A stretch of DNA of 64,000 nt. Origin: Dictyostelium discoideum. Its lineage: Eukaryota. Location of the stretch: NCBI GenBank assembly GCA_000004695.1, contig CM000150.2, positions 224,001 to 288,000 of the forward strand, read 5' to 3'. The position numbers and the translations under genes are program-made. Shown piece after piece: positions 35,066-47,373 of the stretch; positions within the stretch are counted from its first letter, which is position 1; each line of letters begins with the position of its first letter. The notes under the pieces were generated by a model. The model did no database searches and was not told the DNA's origin. It was given only the letters and a program-made list of their open reading frames with translations.

Positions 35066-36046
35066 TTAAGGAATTTCATTTAATAAATTTAAAATTTCAG
35101 TAAAAGAAGGACGTTTTAAAGGATCTTGATGCCAACAAGCTTGAATTAAATGAGATAATTGATAAGGCCAAGCATTTGGAATTGGTGGACGTAATGATTT
35201 TGTAGTGACAGCCAAAGCCAATTGAACGGAATCCAAACCAGAGTAAGGTAATTCACCAGTTCCCAATTCCCAAAGGATGATACCAAATGCATAGACATCA
35301 ACTTTTTCAGTGTAATCCTCACCCATCAATAACTCTGGAGACATCCAAATTGGGGAACCAATGGATTTTGTCATTTCCGTTGATTTACTCTTTAGTTTTG
35401 ATAGACCGAAATCACAAATCTTGACATTCATATGTTCATCCAATAAAAGATTTAAACTCTTGATGTCACGATGAATGACGCCACTAAGATGAAGGTAATT
35501 CATACCTTGAGCGATTTGAATGGCCAATTTCTTGTAGAGTTGCATATTCATTTTAATCTTTTTAGAGTGTAAAGCGTCATACAATGATCCACCAGGTAAA
35601 TATTCAGTGATAAAACATAGATTTGGTGGTGCAGTACATGCTGCCATCAATAATACTATATTTGGATGTCTTAATCTAGATAGGATGGTCAATTCTTTTC
35701 TAAACTCCTCCAATACTTGATTGTTTACATCCTCATTGATTTTAATTTGTTTAATAGCAACTGAACTTCCTCTCCATAATCCTTTATATACAACTCCAAA
35801 TGTTCCTTCTCCAAGTTTACTTGATATCTTTAACTCTGAAAATGAAATTTCAATATCTGAAAAATATTGTTGTTGTTGTGACGGTGGTTCTACCACGCTA
35901 CCACTATTCTTTAATATATTACCTTGATTATTATATTGATTTGGACTATGATTATTTATTAAATGATTATTTTGATTTTGATTATGATTAAATATATTAT
36001 TTTGATTATTATTATTATTATTATTATTGTGATTATTATTGTTGTG

Positions 36047-36145
<99 letters not shown>

Positions 36146-37816
36146 TTGGTTATTATTTTGATTATTAAATTGTTGTATATTATTTAAAATGTTATTTCCT
36201 AGTGGACTATGATTAACTACATTATTATTATTAAATAAACCAAAACTATTATTAAAATTGCCATCCAATGGACTATTATTATTACTTGTATCTTCAAAAT
36301 AAATAAATGGTTGGTGTTGTGGTTGTGGTTGTGGTTGTGGTTGTTGTTGGTATTGTTGTTGTTGTTGTTGATGATGTTGTTGTTGTTGATATTGTTGCTG
36401 TTGTTGATTATTATTTTGATTATTTTGGTTGTTATTTGTTAATTCATCAATTTCAGATAAGAAAAGATGTTGGGACTCAATTGGTGGTGAGGATTGTAGT
36501 TGTGATGATGGTGGTGGTGGTGGTTTGAAAAGATTTTCAAAGGGTATAATATTTAAACCTATATATTGAACAAATTCATGAAAAGGTAAAGTTGTAAGAG
36601 GTAAAAGAGAGGCATCAGCACCAAATAAAGATAATTTTAAAGTTGAAACTCCACCGGTTTTATTATCTTTAACAGAGTTAAAAACATCTATTATATGACA
36701 TGCTTGTTGTGGTGAAAATTTACGAATATTAATATTTGTAGAACTTGCTCCATTTGCCAAACTACGTAAAATTGGTGGTGTACTAGGTATATTAATATTA
36801 TTGGTATTATTATTATTGGTATTATTATTATTATTAATATTATTAAGATTAGTATTATTAATTATTATTGTTGAACCATTATTTGAACCACCTGAACCAC
36901 TTGTACCATTACCACTACTACCTCCACTTCCACTATTACCACCACCACTACCACTATTACCACCACCACTACCACTACCACTATAGACCATTGATTTTGT
37001 ATAGGAATAAGTTTCAATCATTTGTTTAAGTGTTAATGATAATATCATATTTGGTGATTGAACTTGAGGTAAAGCATTTGGATACAATAAACCCAGTGAA
37101 AATAAAAACTGTGAATTAGGTGATGGTGAAATATCTGGATATAGACCTGTGATATATCGTATCAATTGTTGAAATGATTTTAAATAACCTTTACCTTCAT
37201 CCATTTGTGTGAAATGATGATAACAAAAATAAATCTCTTCCCATCCCATATCTTTAAAACTTCCAACACTAACATCTGATAAACTAAATTCATCAAATGA
37301 ACTATTTCTTTGATGATGTCCACGTATAAAATTCATTTTACTTTGTTGTTGTTGTTGCTGTATTTGTTGTTGTTGTTGTTGTTGTATTTGTTGTTGTTGT
37401 ATTTGTTGTTGTTGTATTTGTTGTTGCTGTATTTGTTGCTGTATTTGTTGTTGTTGTTGTTGTTGGTGTTGTATTTGATGTTGTTGTGGCTGTGGTTGAT
37501 TATTATTTTGAATGATTTGAATTTGTTGTGCTTGTTGATGTTGATGATGAGATATATGCTGTATTATATGATTTTGGTTCATGTTTGGTGATAATCCACC
37601 AAAATGTTGTTGATGAATTTGATGTTGTTGGTGTTGAAAGTTACTTATATTTATATTTATTCCATTATTATTATTACCATTGTTATTATTATTATTGTTA
37701 TTATTATTATTATTATTTAATGCATTACCACCAATTGGTGCTATGACAGGACTTGAATTCCCAAAATAAACATTTGGAACTAAATATTGGTTTTGATAGA
37801 ATCCTCCCCCTTTCAT
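35066..37816 (-). CDS. Tyrosine-kinase-like (TKL group) protein kinase with long Gln/Asn-rich N-terminal region; single exon, 916 aa
   Basis: The C-terminal catalytic domain is complete: LGEGTFGVVYKGLWRG, VAIKQI, HRDIKSLNLLL, DFGLS, SPIWMSPE, DVYAFGIILWEL. The N-terminal 600 aa are poly-N/poly-Q encoded by (AAT)n/(CAA)n. The ATG is at 37816 and the stop at 35066-35068. Confidence 0.8.
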
Positions 37817-38136
37817 GTTATTCTGTTTATATGTAAAATGCTCTAAACTTTTACACTTTTCTATTATAATGGGTATTGTAATATTTTTATAATTTTTTTT
37901 TTTTTTTTTCTTTATTTTTCTACTTTTTTTTTTTTTTAAAAAAAAAATAAAAATTAAAAATAAATTAAAATAAAGAAAAAAAAAAAAGAATAACCTAAAA
38001 GAGGAATTTATTATTATACTGTATTATTATTATATTTCCCTTAGGCTAATGAAAAAAAAAGAGAGAGAAAAAAAAAAAAAGAAAAGAGAAAAAAAAAAAA
38101 AAAAAAGTGTTAGTGTCAGTTAAAAAAAAAAAAAAG

Positions 38137-38189
<53 letters not shown>

Positions 38190-38301
38190 TAAGTGATTAA
38201 ATGTTGATGATAATGATAATAATTCTTTTGAAACTTCTGTTATTTATATTGTAATTATAATTCTTTAATTTTACTTTTTTTTTTTTTTTTTTTAATTTTT
38301 T

Positions 38302-38333
<32 letters not shown>

Positions 38334-38679
38334 AAAATATATTTAGAACCATATATTTGAAAAATTTTAAAAAATATATCCTATATATAAATTTATAAAT
38401 TTACAATGCGACTAATATTAAATATATTTATATATTGTAATGATATAGTAAAATAATGTATATGTTTTTTATCTATATATTTTTTTTATTTTTTTTGTTG
38501 GTTTTTTTTTTTTTTTTTTATTTTTTTTTTTAATTTTTATTTTATTTTTTTTTTATTTTTATTTTTTTTATTTTTTTTTTATTATTTTTTTATTTTTTTT
38601 TGAATAAATTGGGACTATTTTAAACACAACTAAAAAAACATTGCAATTTTGTGTGTATGTGAAAATAATATTAGAACCT

Positions 38680-38725
<46 letters not shown>

Positions 38726-38749
38726 AAAAAAAAAAACCAAAATTAATGG

Positions 38750-38782
<33 letters not shown>

Positions 38783-38803
38783 AAAAATTTTAAAAATGAT
38801 TTT

Positions 38804-38839
38804 GACTAGTCCTAGGACCTGAGATCTTGCCGATTTGAG
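38804..38839. other. GC-richer 36-bp island containing three adjacent 6-bp palindromes (ACTAGT, CCTAGG, AGATCT) inside a 1.4-kb A/T intergenic region
   Basis: The sequence is GACTAGTCCTAGGACCTGAGATCTTGCCGATTTGAG. It is about 50% GC against roughly 10-15% GC in the surrounding intergenic DNA. Confidence 0.3.
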
Positions 38840-38950
38840 TTAAATTTTCCTTTATTTTGGATACAAGTTTTTATTTTATTATTTGTCATATTACAAAATT
38901 TTAAATAAAGTTAATTTATTTGTTGCAATCAAATTAAAATAAATTTCATG

Positions 38951-38985
<35 letters not shown>

Positions 38986-39084
38986 TGTGTGTGTGTTAGA
39001 TATAAATATCACACCTATTTATTATTTATTGAAAATAAAAATAAAATAAAAATTTATTCTTAATTATTATATTATTATCCATTG

Positions 39085-39118
<34 letters not shown>

Positions 39119-39216
39119 AAAAGAAAATTATTTATTTTTTATTTTTTATTTTTTTATTTTTTTCTATTTTTATTTTTTATTTTTTTATTTTTTTATTTTT
39201 TTTATTTTTTTTATTT

Positions 39217-41817
39217 TTAAAGATAACCTTCAGATAAAACCAATTTCGTAATAATATCAATAATGATTGAAGAGGAAGTTGAATAAGATGGTTGATCAAT
39301 TTTTTGTTTTAATAAATGATTGAATAAGATTCTGATCTCTTTTAATAATACAATGATTTTACCAGAGGTAGCTTTAAATTTCAGCCATTTATCGAGGGAA
39401 ATGGTTTGATAGGATTTATCGATTTCAATATTACCACCCAAAGAGAATAATAGTAAAGTTAGGGGAGATAGATTTGTAATATGATGAAGGAATAGTTTCG
39501 AAGTTTTAACCTTATCATTGTAGATAATGAAAGGGTAAACCCATTCACCCTCTTTAAAGTTTGTTGATCTTGGATGAATGAAAACTCTTTCCAATGGTTT
39601 TCCAGGACCACAATTTGGAGGTTTAGTGAGTAATAGCAATGATTCCGGAGAGTATTTATTCTTTATAGCACCACTTGCAGTTTGGCTATACTTTGCATCT
39701 GGATAATCGATTCTTGCAATCTTTGGATACATACCAGCACATAATACACTTGTAATGATTTTACTCTTACTTGAATTTGAATTATAAATATAACCAACAA
39801 ATTCATCAATACAATCATTTGAATAATTGTTACCCTTTTGCTGTTGTTGTTGTTGAAGTTTTGCAATTTTCTTTGCAGTTATTGATTGTGGTAAGAAACC
39901 AATCTCTGATAGAATTTCAACAAATTGTAATTTCAAATCTTGAATAGTACGTAGTGTTGGTATTGATAAGTAATTTTCACGACAAAATTGATATTCATTA
40001 CCATCTTGTATTGATTTTCTCCATGAATTATAAGCATTGATAAGAGTTTGATGATCTGATTGATTTGGTGATGAAAATTTATCCATTGGACGTATAGTTT
40101 TATCAGGTGGATTTAAAAATGGTGATTTATAATTTAATGTTGCAGCAATTGTTAAAATTGGATCTAAACATCTAAATATACAACCAAATAATAACATTTT
40201 ACCAATATAAACATCAACTGGTAAACTTGCTAAATGATAACCTAATGGTGTTAATTCTTGTTGCTGTTGTTGATTGATTTTTAAAGCATCAATTGAAATT
40301 AATTCATTAATTGATGATTGAATTTGTTCAGAACTTGGTGGTTCAATTGCACGATTTAAAAAGTCTTGAATGGTTGTATTTTTATTATTTTTTAAGAAAA
40401 GTTTAACATGAAGACAAAGTTGTTGAAGTGAAGTTCTCAATATCTCTGGTGTATCTTGATCTTGAAGTTGTGATTCCATTGATTTAGTGAAAACCTTAAA
40501 ACATAAACCAGAGGAGGTACGACCTGCACGACCAGCTCTTTGACGACATGATGCTTTCGAAGTCCATTCTTCAGACATTACAGAGTTACCAGTGATAGAA
40601 TTAAATGTCATTTGATTGACTCTACCACAATCTACAACGATTTCAACATCTTCAATGGTGATAGAAGTTTCAGCTATATTTGTAGCTATTACAACTTTGA
40701 CCCTACCATTTGGTGCTTTTTCAAATACTTTTTGTTGATCCTTTGGTGATAATGAACTATGTAATGGTACACACCAAATTCTTTGACAAATAGCTTCAGT
40801 AAACGTTGAAATTGGTTTACCTAATCTTGAACATAACTCTAAAATATCCGATAAACCTGGTACAAACACTAATATTGATTTATCTTTTTTTAAAACTCCA
40901 TTAACCAAATGTAAAATCAATGATTCAACAACATCTAAATTAATTCTTTTTTGATCAATACTAATTTTTAATTGATTTAATTTATTATTTAAAATTTCTT
41001 CTTCATCTTCATTTGTATCATTTGTAGTTGTTGTTGTAGTTGTAGTAGTGGTTGTTGTAATTGAATCTTTATAGTTTGGATTATATTTATTAATTAATGG
41101 TAAAACTTCATTAATATAAATATTTTTAACAGGAAAAGTGAAACCAGGAATTGAAAAAATACTATCATCAGTACATTTGAAATAGTTTGCAATTTGTTTA
41201 GCATTTAAAGTTGCAGACATTAAAATGATTTTCAAATCTTTACGTTTTGAAATGATTTCTCGTAAAATGATTAATAAAAAGTCATTATCAGTTGAACGTT
41301 CGTGAACTTCATCAATGATGATATGTGATAGATCAGAGATGTTTGATACATCCAATATTCTTCTTAATAGAATACCGGTGGTACAAAACAATAGTCTGGT
41401 GGATTGCGACCTCTTTGATTCATTTCTAATTTGGTAACCAACCAAACCTCCAATTGAGTTCTCAACAGTACCACAATTCCATTCATAGGAAACTCTCTCT
41501 GCCACACCAATAGCTGAGATTCTTCTAGGTTGTGTACAAACTATATTACACTCTGATCCTTTCTCTTGGGAAATGAATGATTCTAAAATGTATTGAGGAA
41601 TTTGAGTACTCTTACCACAACCAGTCTCTGCTGTAATAACAACGACTTGATTCTCTTGTAAACATTTTAAAAATTCTTTCTTTCTCTTAAAAACTGGTAA
41701 TGATTCTCTCTTTTTAATCACACCTTTATCAACTTTAATTAATCTATCATATTCATTCTTTAATTCTTTATTAATTTTTAATTTTTCTTTTTCATTTAAT
41801 ACTTTTTTATAATTATA

Positions 41818-41874
<57 letters not shown>

Positions 41875-42426
41875 TTGTTGTTTTTGTACTTTATTATTAT
41901 TCTTTAAAGTTTCAATATTATTTGAATTATTATTATTATTATTTGAATTATTCGTATTATTATCAATTATAATTGGAGTATTAAGTGGTTTTAATTTATT
42001 TGATAAAATATTTGAAATATTTTGATCCAACCAAGATATTATATTAAAAATCATTGGATTACCAATTGATGATTGTAATTCATTTAAAATTGAACGAATA
42101 ACTATTTGATTTGTAATTGGTGTTGATTTTGCTGATGAAAAAGTTATAATTGGTAATTGAAATGGATAAGTAATTAATGATGTTGGTAAATAGATATTAC
42201 ATTTAAATGATGATGATGGTGATTGACCATTATAAATAATATGTTGATTATTTGAACTAAATTCAATTTCATTATTCATATAAATCGATTGTAATGCTAA
42301 TATTTCATTTTCAATAATTTCTTTACTTTGTTCTTTAATGTCATCATCATTTGTAAATTGATTATTATTGTTATTATTTTCATTTAATTTAAATAAATTT
42401 AAATAAACTTTAAAGAATACTATTAA

Positions 42427-42470
<44 letters not shown>

Positions 42471-43299
42471 TGATATCATTATAAATTGATTTTGTATTAT
42501 TTATAAGTTTTATAGTATCTCTTGGTAAAATGGCTAAATTTTCAAATTCACTTTTAGTTTTATTATAGATTGGTTTATTTGGTTCAATTAAAAGTGAAGG
42601 TAATGGTGATTGATTGATATCAATCTTATCAATACCAATTGTTTTTGGTCTAAAATGTTCTGGTAATTGTGAATTTGATACATTTAAACATAACCATTCA
42701 ATTATACCATGAATATTATTATGATCACAAACATTTACCAATGCTAATAAAATATCTTCCTTTTTAAATCCCAATTCAACCAATGTTGATAAAATAATCT
42801 CTTTTTCTTTTTCATCCAATTGTTTTCTTTCTTCATATGTTGATGTTGATGCTATATCACTACTACTACTACTAACATCATTTTGACATAACTCCAATAC
42901 TAGGGAATGTACAATTCTCATTGCTTCTTCAGACATATGAATTTGTGGTATCATTTGAGTATGAGTTCTAACTGGTTCCGCATTTTCAGCTTCAAATTTT
43001 AATTGTTGTTCTAAAAGTAGACGTTGCTTTTCTTCCTCTTGTTTTGATTCTTGATCTAATTGCATCCAAAAGGGTGTATATTCTGGTGGGAATAATTTAT
43101 AAATAGTTGTATTACCACATAAACTAAAGAGTGCTACCAATGCTGTATATGATTTCGCCTCTTGTGTAGTATCGTATATTGTCGTCGTTATATATTCTTT
43201 CTCGGTGATTTGTTTCTTTTTACCTTCAAATTTTAATATAACCTTAAATTTATGTTTACCTGGTTTACTCTTTACTTCTATATAATTTGGTCTATCCAT
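39217..43299 (-). CDS. DEAH-box ATP-dependent RNA helicase, DHX57-like architecture (UBA domain, RWD domain, helicase core, HA2/OB C-terminal region); 1360 aa
   Basis: The UBA-like segment is EKEIILSTLVELGFKKEDILLALVNVCDHNNIHGIIEWL. The RWD-like segment is EILALQSIYMNNEIEF...YLPTSLITYPFQLPII. Helicase motifs are TGCGKSTQIPQ (I), IIDEVHERS (II, DEVH), SATLNA (III), TNIAETSITIEDV (V) and QRAGRAGR (VI). The ATG is at 43299 and the stop at 39217-39219. The ORF is continuous. Confidence 0.85.
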
Positions 43300-43402
43300 T
43301 TGATTCTTTTGACAATATTCATTCTTTTTTTTTTTTTTTTTTTTCAGTTAATAACTTACAAAAAAATAAGGGAAAAAAGAGAGAATAATGATATTAATAT
43401 AT

Positions 43403-43660
43403 TCAACTTACTAAATATTGAACAGGTTGTTTACCTGTCCATCTTGGTTTCTCTGGTGCCAATGGTAAACCAGTTGTTGGTGCCACTACTGAATCTTTTA
43501 CTCCACTAACCTTTCCACCCTTTTTATCTGATGTTGGTGGTACTGGTGCACTTGTCTCTTTTTTTCCTCCTTTTCCGCCTTTATCAGGAGTTGGTGCTGG
43601 TGCACTTTTACCACCTTTACCTGTTGGAGGTGGGGGTGTTGGTGTTGATCCTTTTGCCAT
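43403..43660 (-). CDS. Small (85 aa) Pro/Lys/Gly-rich basic protein, or alternatively a 5' coding exon (43411..43660) spliced onto the downstream helicase
   Basis: The ATG at 43660 opens MAKGSTPTPPPPTGKGGKSAPAPTPDKGGKGGKKETSAPVPP...PRWTGKQPVQYLVS-TGA. A canonical GTAAGT donor sits immediately after ...QPVQYL (43410-43405). The acceptor AAG at 43325-43324 would join in phase 0 to NEYCQKNQ-MDRPNYIEV..., in frame with the helicase ATG only 103 bp downstream. Confidence 0.35.
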   Translation of the reverse strand: MAKGSTPTPPPPTGKGGKSAPAPTPDKGGKGGKKETSAPVPPTSDKKGGKVSGVKDSVVAPTTGLPLAPEKPRWTGKQPVQYLVS

Positions 43661-44068
43661 CTATCTATCTATCTCCTATCTCTACTTATTAACTATTAGG
43701 AAAAATAATAAAGTAGTTCAAAAAAAAAAAAATGAAAAAAAAAATAAAAAAAATAATTCAATTTTGCGAAAAAGCAAAAAATTTTCATTTTTTTCCTTTT
43801 ATTTTTTTATTTTTTTTTTTTAAATTATCATTTAATTTATTTTTATATTTTTTTATATGAATTTAGTATATATATAGATAAATAGAGGACTCAAAAATAC
43901 AAAATGAAATAAAATATAAAAAAAAATGAATGTAAAATTCAATTTTTTTTTTTTTTTTTTCTCTTAAATTAAAAAGTAAATTTTAAAAATCAGGTTCAAT
44001 GGCATTATATAATGTTAAAGCAGTATCAAGATATGAAGATTTAGAGAATGTAAATTCAAAATTTAAGA

Positions 44069-44104
44069 AAAAGAAAAAGAAAAAGAAAAAGAAAAAGAAA
44101 AAGA
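44069..44104. repeat. (AAGAAA)n hexanucleotide microsatellite
   Basis: The run AAGAAAAAGAAAAAGAAAAAG... is visible. Its antisense is the (TTTCTT)n that the ORF track reads as SFSFSFS. Confidence 0.8.
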
Positions 44105-44177
44105 AAAGAAGAAGTGAAAAACTTGAAAAAACTTATTATAGAAAGAGTACAGCAACTCATATATAGGGAATAAACGA

Positions 44178-44328
44178 AATTTATGATAATATGATAACGA
44201 ATCAATATTTAGACAATCTGTCAAAAGATTTGATAAGGATTTATTCAAATATTATATTATATTTGAATAAATCCTTATCAAATCTTTAAATAGATTGTCT
44301 AAATATTGATTCATTATCATATAATCAG
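44178..44328. repeat. ~150-bp near-perfect palindrome (two ~65-70-bp inverted arms about 92% identical, separated by an 8-bp TATATTAT spacer); candidate hairpin-RNA precursor or foldback/MITE-like element
   Basis: The left arm is ATAATATGATAACGAATCAATATTTAGACAATCTGTCAAAAGATTTGATAAGGATTTATTCAAATAT. The reverse complement of the right arm is ATTATATGATAATGAATCAATATTTAGACAATCTATTTAAAGATTTGATAAGGATTTATTCAAATAT. It lies in an intergenic region with no ORF. Confidence 0.6.
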
Positions 44329-44899
44329 CTTTGGATAAATTAAGATCAATGATATAATCAATTATTTCAAAATATTATAAAGATGAAAATGATTAATCAT
44401 TCGATGTATAAATATTGTTCCAATGTCACTGGTGGGAATTCAGATCAATCATTTCAACTAATTATACAAATCGTACCATTAATAATGTTACTCGCCCAAT
44501 TAGAACACTCAAAGAGTGTGTAAATCAAACACTTAAAGAGAACGACTTACAAAGAAAATTCAAAGATTAGCTATCACAGGTACTTCACTCTTACTTGGCT
44601 CATGAGGGTCACGGCACCTTTTAATAATAATAAAAAAAAAAATTCAATTTAAAATTATAGATAATAATAATAATTAAAATCAACTAATACCAATTTAAAT
44701 TTGTAGGACATCTTCATGGTACAAAACAAGTCAAATTTCAAAAAAAAAAAAAAAAAAAAAAAAAAACTAAAATAAAACAAATATCAAAATAAATATAATA
44801 AATGGGATTATTTAATTTATTTTTTTATTTTTAAAAAATCATTTAAAAATGTATCACACTATATTTTGAAATTTCACAATTATTTTGATATATATTAGT

Positions 44900-45000
44900 A
44901 GTTGGTAGTGATGATGGTGATGGTGGTGATGGTGGTGATGATGGTGATGGTGGTGATGATGATAGTGGCTGTAGTTGTGGTGGTGATGGTAGTGGTGGTG
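44900..45000. repeat. Imperfect (GGTGAT/GGTGGT)n hexanucleotide repeat, apparently non-coding
   Basis: A GGTGATGGTGGTGATGATGGTGATGG run is visible. It is read by the ORF track as poly-His on the minus strand and poly-Val/Met on the plus strand, with no start context or flanking coding signal. Confidence 0.6.
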
Positions 45001-45689
45001 GCGGTAATTGTTGTTAGTTTTGTCCACTACTTGAAGCCTCAATATTATCATTTTTTAATAAATATCAAATTATATTTTTATTATGGCCAGATTCTTTTTT
45101 ATTATTTTATGAAAACTTAATAATAAAATGTTATTTATTATTTATTAATAATTGATATTAGTTTGTTATAAATCTTAATTTTATTTATCCAGCAATTTTT
45201 TTTTTTTTTTTTTTTTTTTTATTCTTTACTTGATAAGAAAGGTATGTTTCATTTGAAAAAACAATAATATCTTTTTTAAAAATAAAAAAAATAATCATTA
45301 ATCAAATAACTAACTTTATATTTATTTTAAATTATTTATACATAATATCTTTACAAAATACTTTTAAAAAAAGAAATTAAAAATAAAAATGCAATTAATA
45401 TTTTTTATTTATTCTTTTTTAAAAATTATTTAAAAATGATTCTATGTATATAATTAAAATTTATCTCTTCAATATAAAAATAATCCAATACAAATTATTT
45501 TTATTTATCTCTAATAATATTATTAAATACGATAAAAAAGAATGACTGTATTTAATCCACAAACAATGACCCTCCATTTTATTTAGGCATTTAATTAGAT
45601 AAACAAAAATATTTAAAAAAAAAAAAAAAAAAATTAGATAGATATTTTCTAAGATAAGATAATCTCAAATAATGATAAATGATTTATTA

Positions 45690-46976
45690 TTATTTTTTGT
45701 CAAGTTCCCTATTATCCCTAACTAATCTGAAACAATTACTATCTTCTGGATCAAATTCAATAAGACCAGCTATTTTTAGGATTTGAATTGATTCTTGTGG
45801 TGAAACACCTTCTGTTAGTTCCAATGATTTGTCTTTACTTGAAATATATGATACTGGATTTGTTGAAAAACGATGCAATACTTGTTGTAAAACATATTTA
45901 AAAGTTTCTTTTCTTAATTCATAGTTTTCAATAGATTGAGTTCTTCTTTTCTTTTCTAAAATTTCTTCACTTTCATCCTCATTACTTTCATCATTTTCAC
46001 TTTCATTTTCATTTTCATTTTCATTTTCATTTTCATTTTCATTTTCATTTTCATTTTCAGTTTCACACTCACTTTCACTTTCTTTTTCATTTTCATTTTC
46101 ATTTTTATTTTCATTTTCAATTTCATTTTCATTTTCAATTTCATTTTCAATTTCATTTTCAATTTCATTTTCATTTTCAATTTCATTTTCATTTATTTCC
46201 TCGTACTCCAAATCATAAAGATAATTTTTATCAATAGTTTCATCTTCATATTCATCATCATCTTCTTGTTTTTTTTTTTTTTTATCTTTTTTTTTATCTT
46301 TTTCTTTATCTTCCTCATCCTTACGAATAAGAAGACGATCAAAATGTTTTTCAATTATTTCTGTTATTAATAATTGATTATTTTTTATGTTATCATTTAG
46401 TGAATCAACTCCTTTAATTTCATGTTCCAATTCTTGAGGAATTTCCGATAATGGATCGATTCTATATTTAATAATTTTACAAATTGTTTCACTTTCATTC
46501 AATAGTATAGTTTGTTCAATTAATTTATTTTTTTTATTTTCAAGTTCTTGCTTTAAAAAATCAAAATACATTTTTAATTGCTCTACTGATAAAACTAAAT
46601 CTGCTTCTAATCTAGTTTTAGCATCATCAAGATTAGCTATATTTTCAAATGATTCTTCTTGAGTTTCTTCTTTTAATTTCCGAATTTCATCTTTTAAAAT
46701 TTTATTTTGATTTTCTGATATTCTAATTCCCTAATAAACACAATAAATTCTAATTAGAATTTAAATAATAATAAATAATATAAATAATAATAATAATAAA
46801 TAATAAATAATAATTACTATTGGTTTATTTTTTTGAGAGTTTAAGTTTTTTTTATGTTTTGATAGTAATACTCGATTTTGATTTCTTACTGAGTTCAATT
46901 TATCACTAAGTTCATCTAAACTAGCATTTTTTAAAAACGATATATCTTGATCTTTGTTGATTAATGATTTTTCCAT
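45690..46976 (-). CDS. Coiled-coil protein with acidic (E-N-E-I-E-N)n repeat region and conserved globular C-terminal domain; complement(join(45690..46730,46818..46976)), ~400 aa
   Basis: Exon 1 is MEKSLINKDQDISFLKNASLDELSDKLNSVRNQNRVLLSKHKKNLNSQKNKPI with donor GTAATT. Acceptor TTATTAG precedes exon 2, which begins GIRISENQNKILKDEIRKLKEE, in phase 0. The central (GAAAAT)n region encodes the ENEIEN repeats. The C-terminal roughly 80 aa are non-repetitive (...ILKIAGLIEFDPEDSNCFRLVRDNRELDKK). Confidence 0.5.
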
Positions 46977-47373
46977 TTAAAAAAAATTTTGTTGAGAACA
47001 ACAAAAAAAAAAAAAAATAATAAAAATTTTTTCATTTTTTTATTTTTTTTTGAAGACGATAAAAATAAACATTATTAATAATTTTCTTATTTTCACCATT
47101 GTTCCAAACAAACAAAAAAAAAAAAAAAAATAATGATAATAATAAAATAAAAATTAAATTGGTGAAAATAAGCTATTGATATTCAGATATTTAAATATTT
47201 TAGTTTTGTTTTTTTTTTTTTTAAAATTTTTTTTTTTTCTTTTTTTTTTTTTTCTTTTTTTTTTTATTCTTTAATCACTAAAAAAAAAGTGATTTTAATT
47301 AAACAAATCTTTTTTCATTTCCCATCTTTTTTTTTTTTTAATCTATCTATCTATCCATTTTTTTTTTTTTTTT

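Noticed and set aside
44575-44620. U1 snRNA gene (because of CTTACTTGG resembling the U1 5' splice-site-pairing end)
   Set aside because: There is one mismatch in the key motif, no convincing Sm site (AUUUUUG), and I could not fold the U1 stem-loops. It is kept only as a low-interest GC-rich element.
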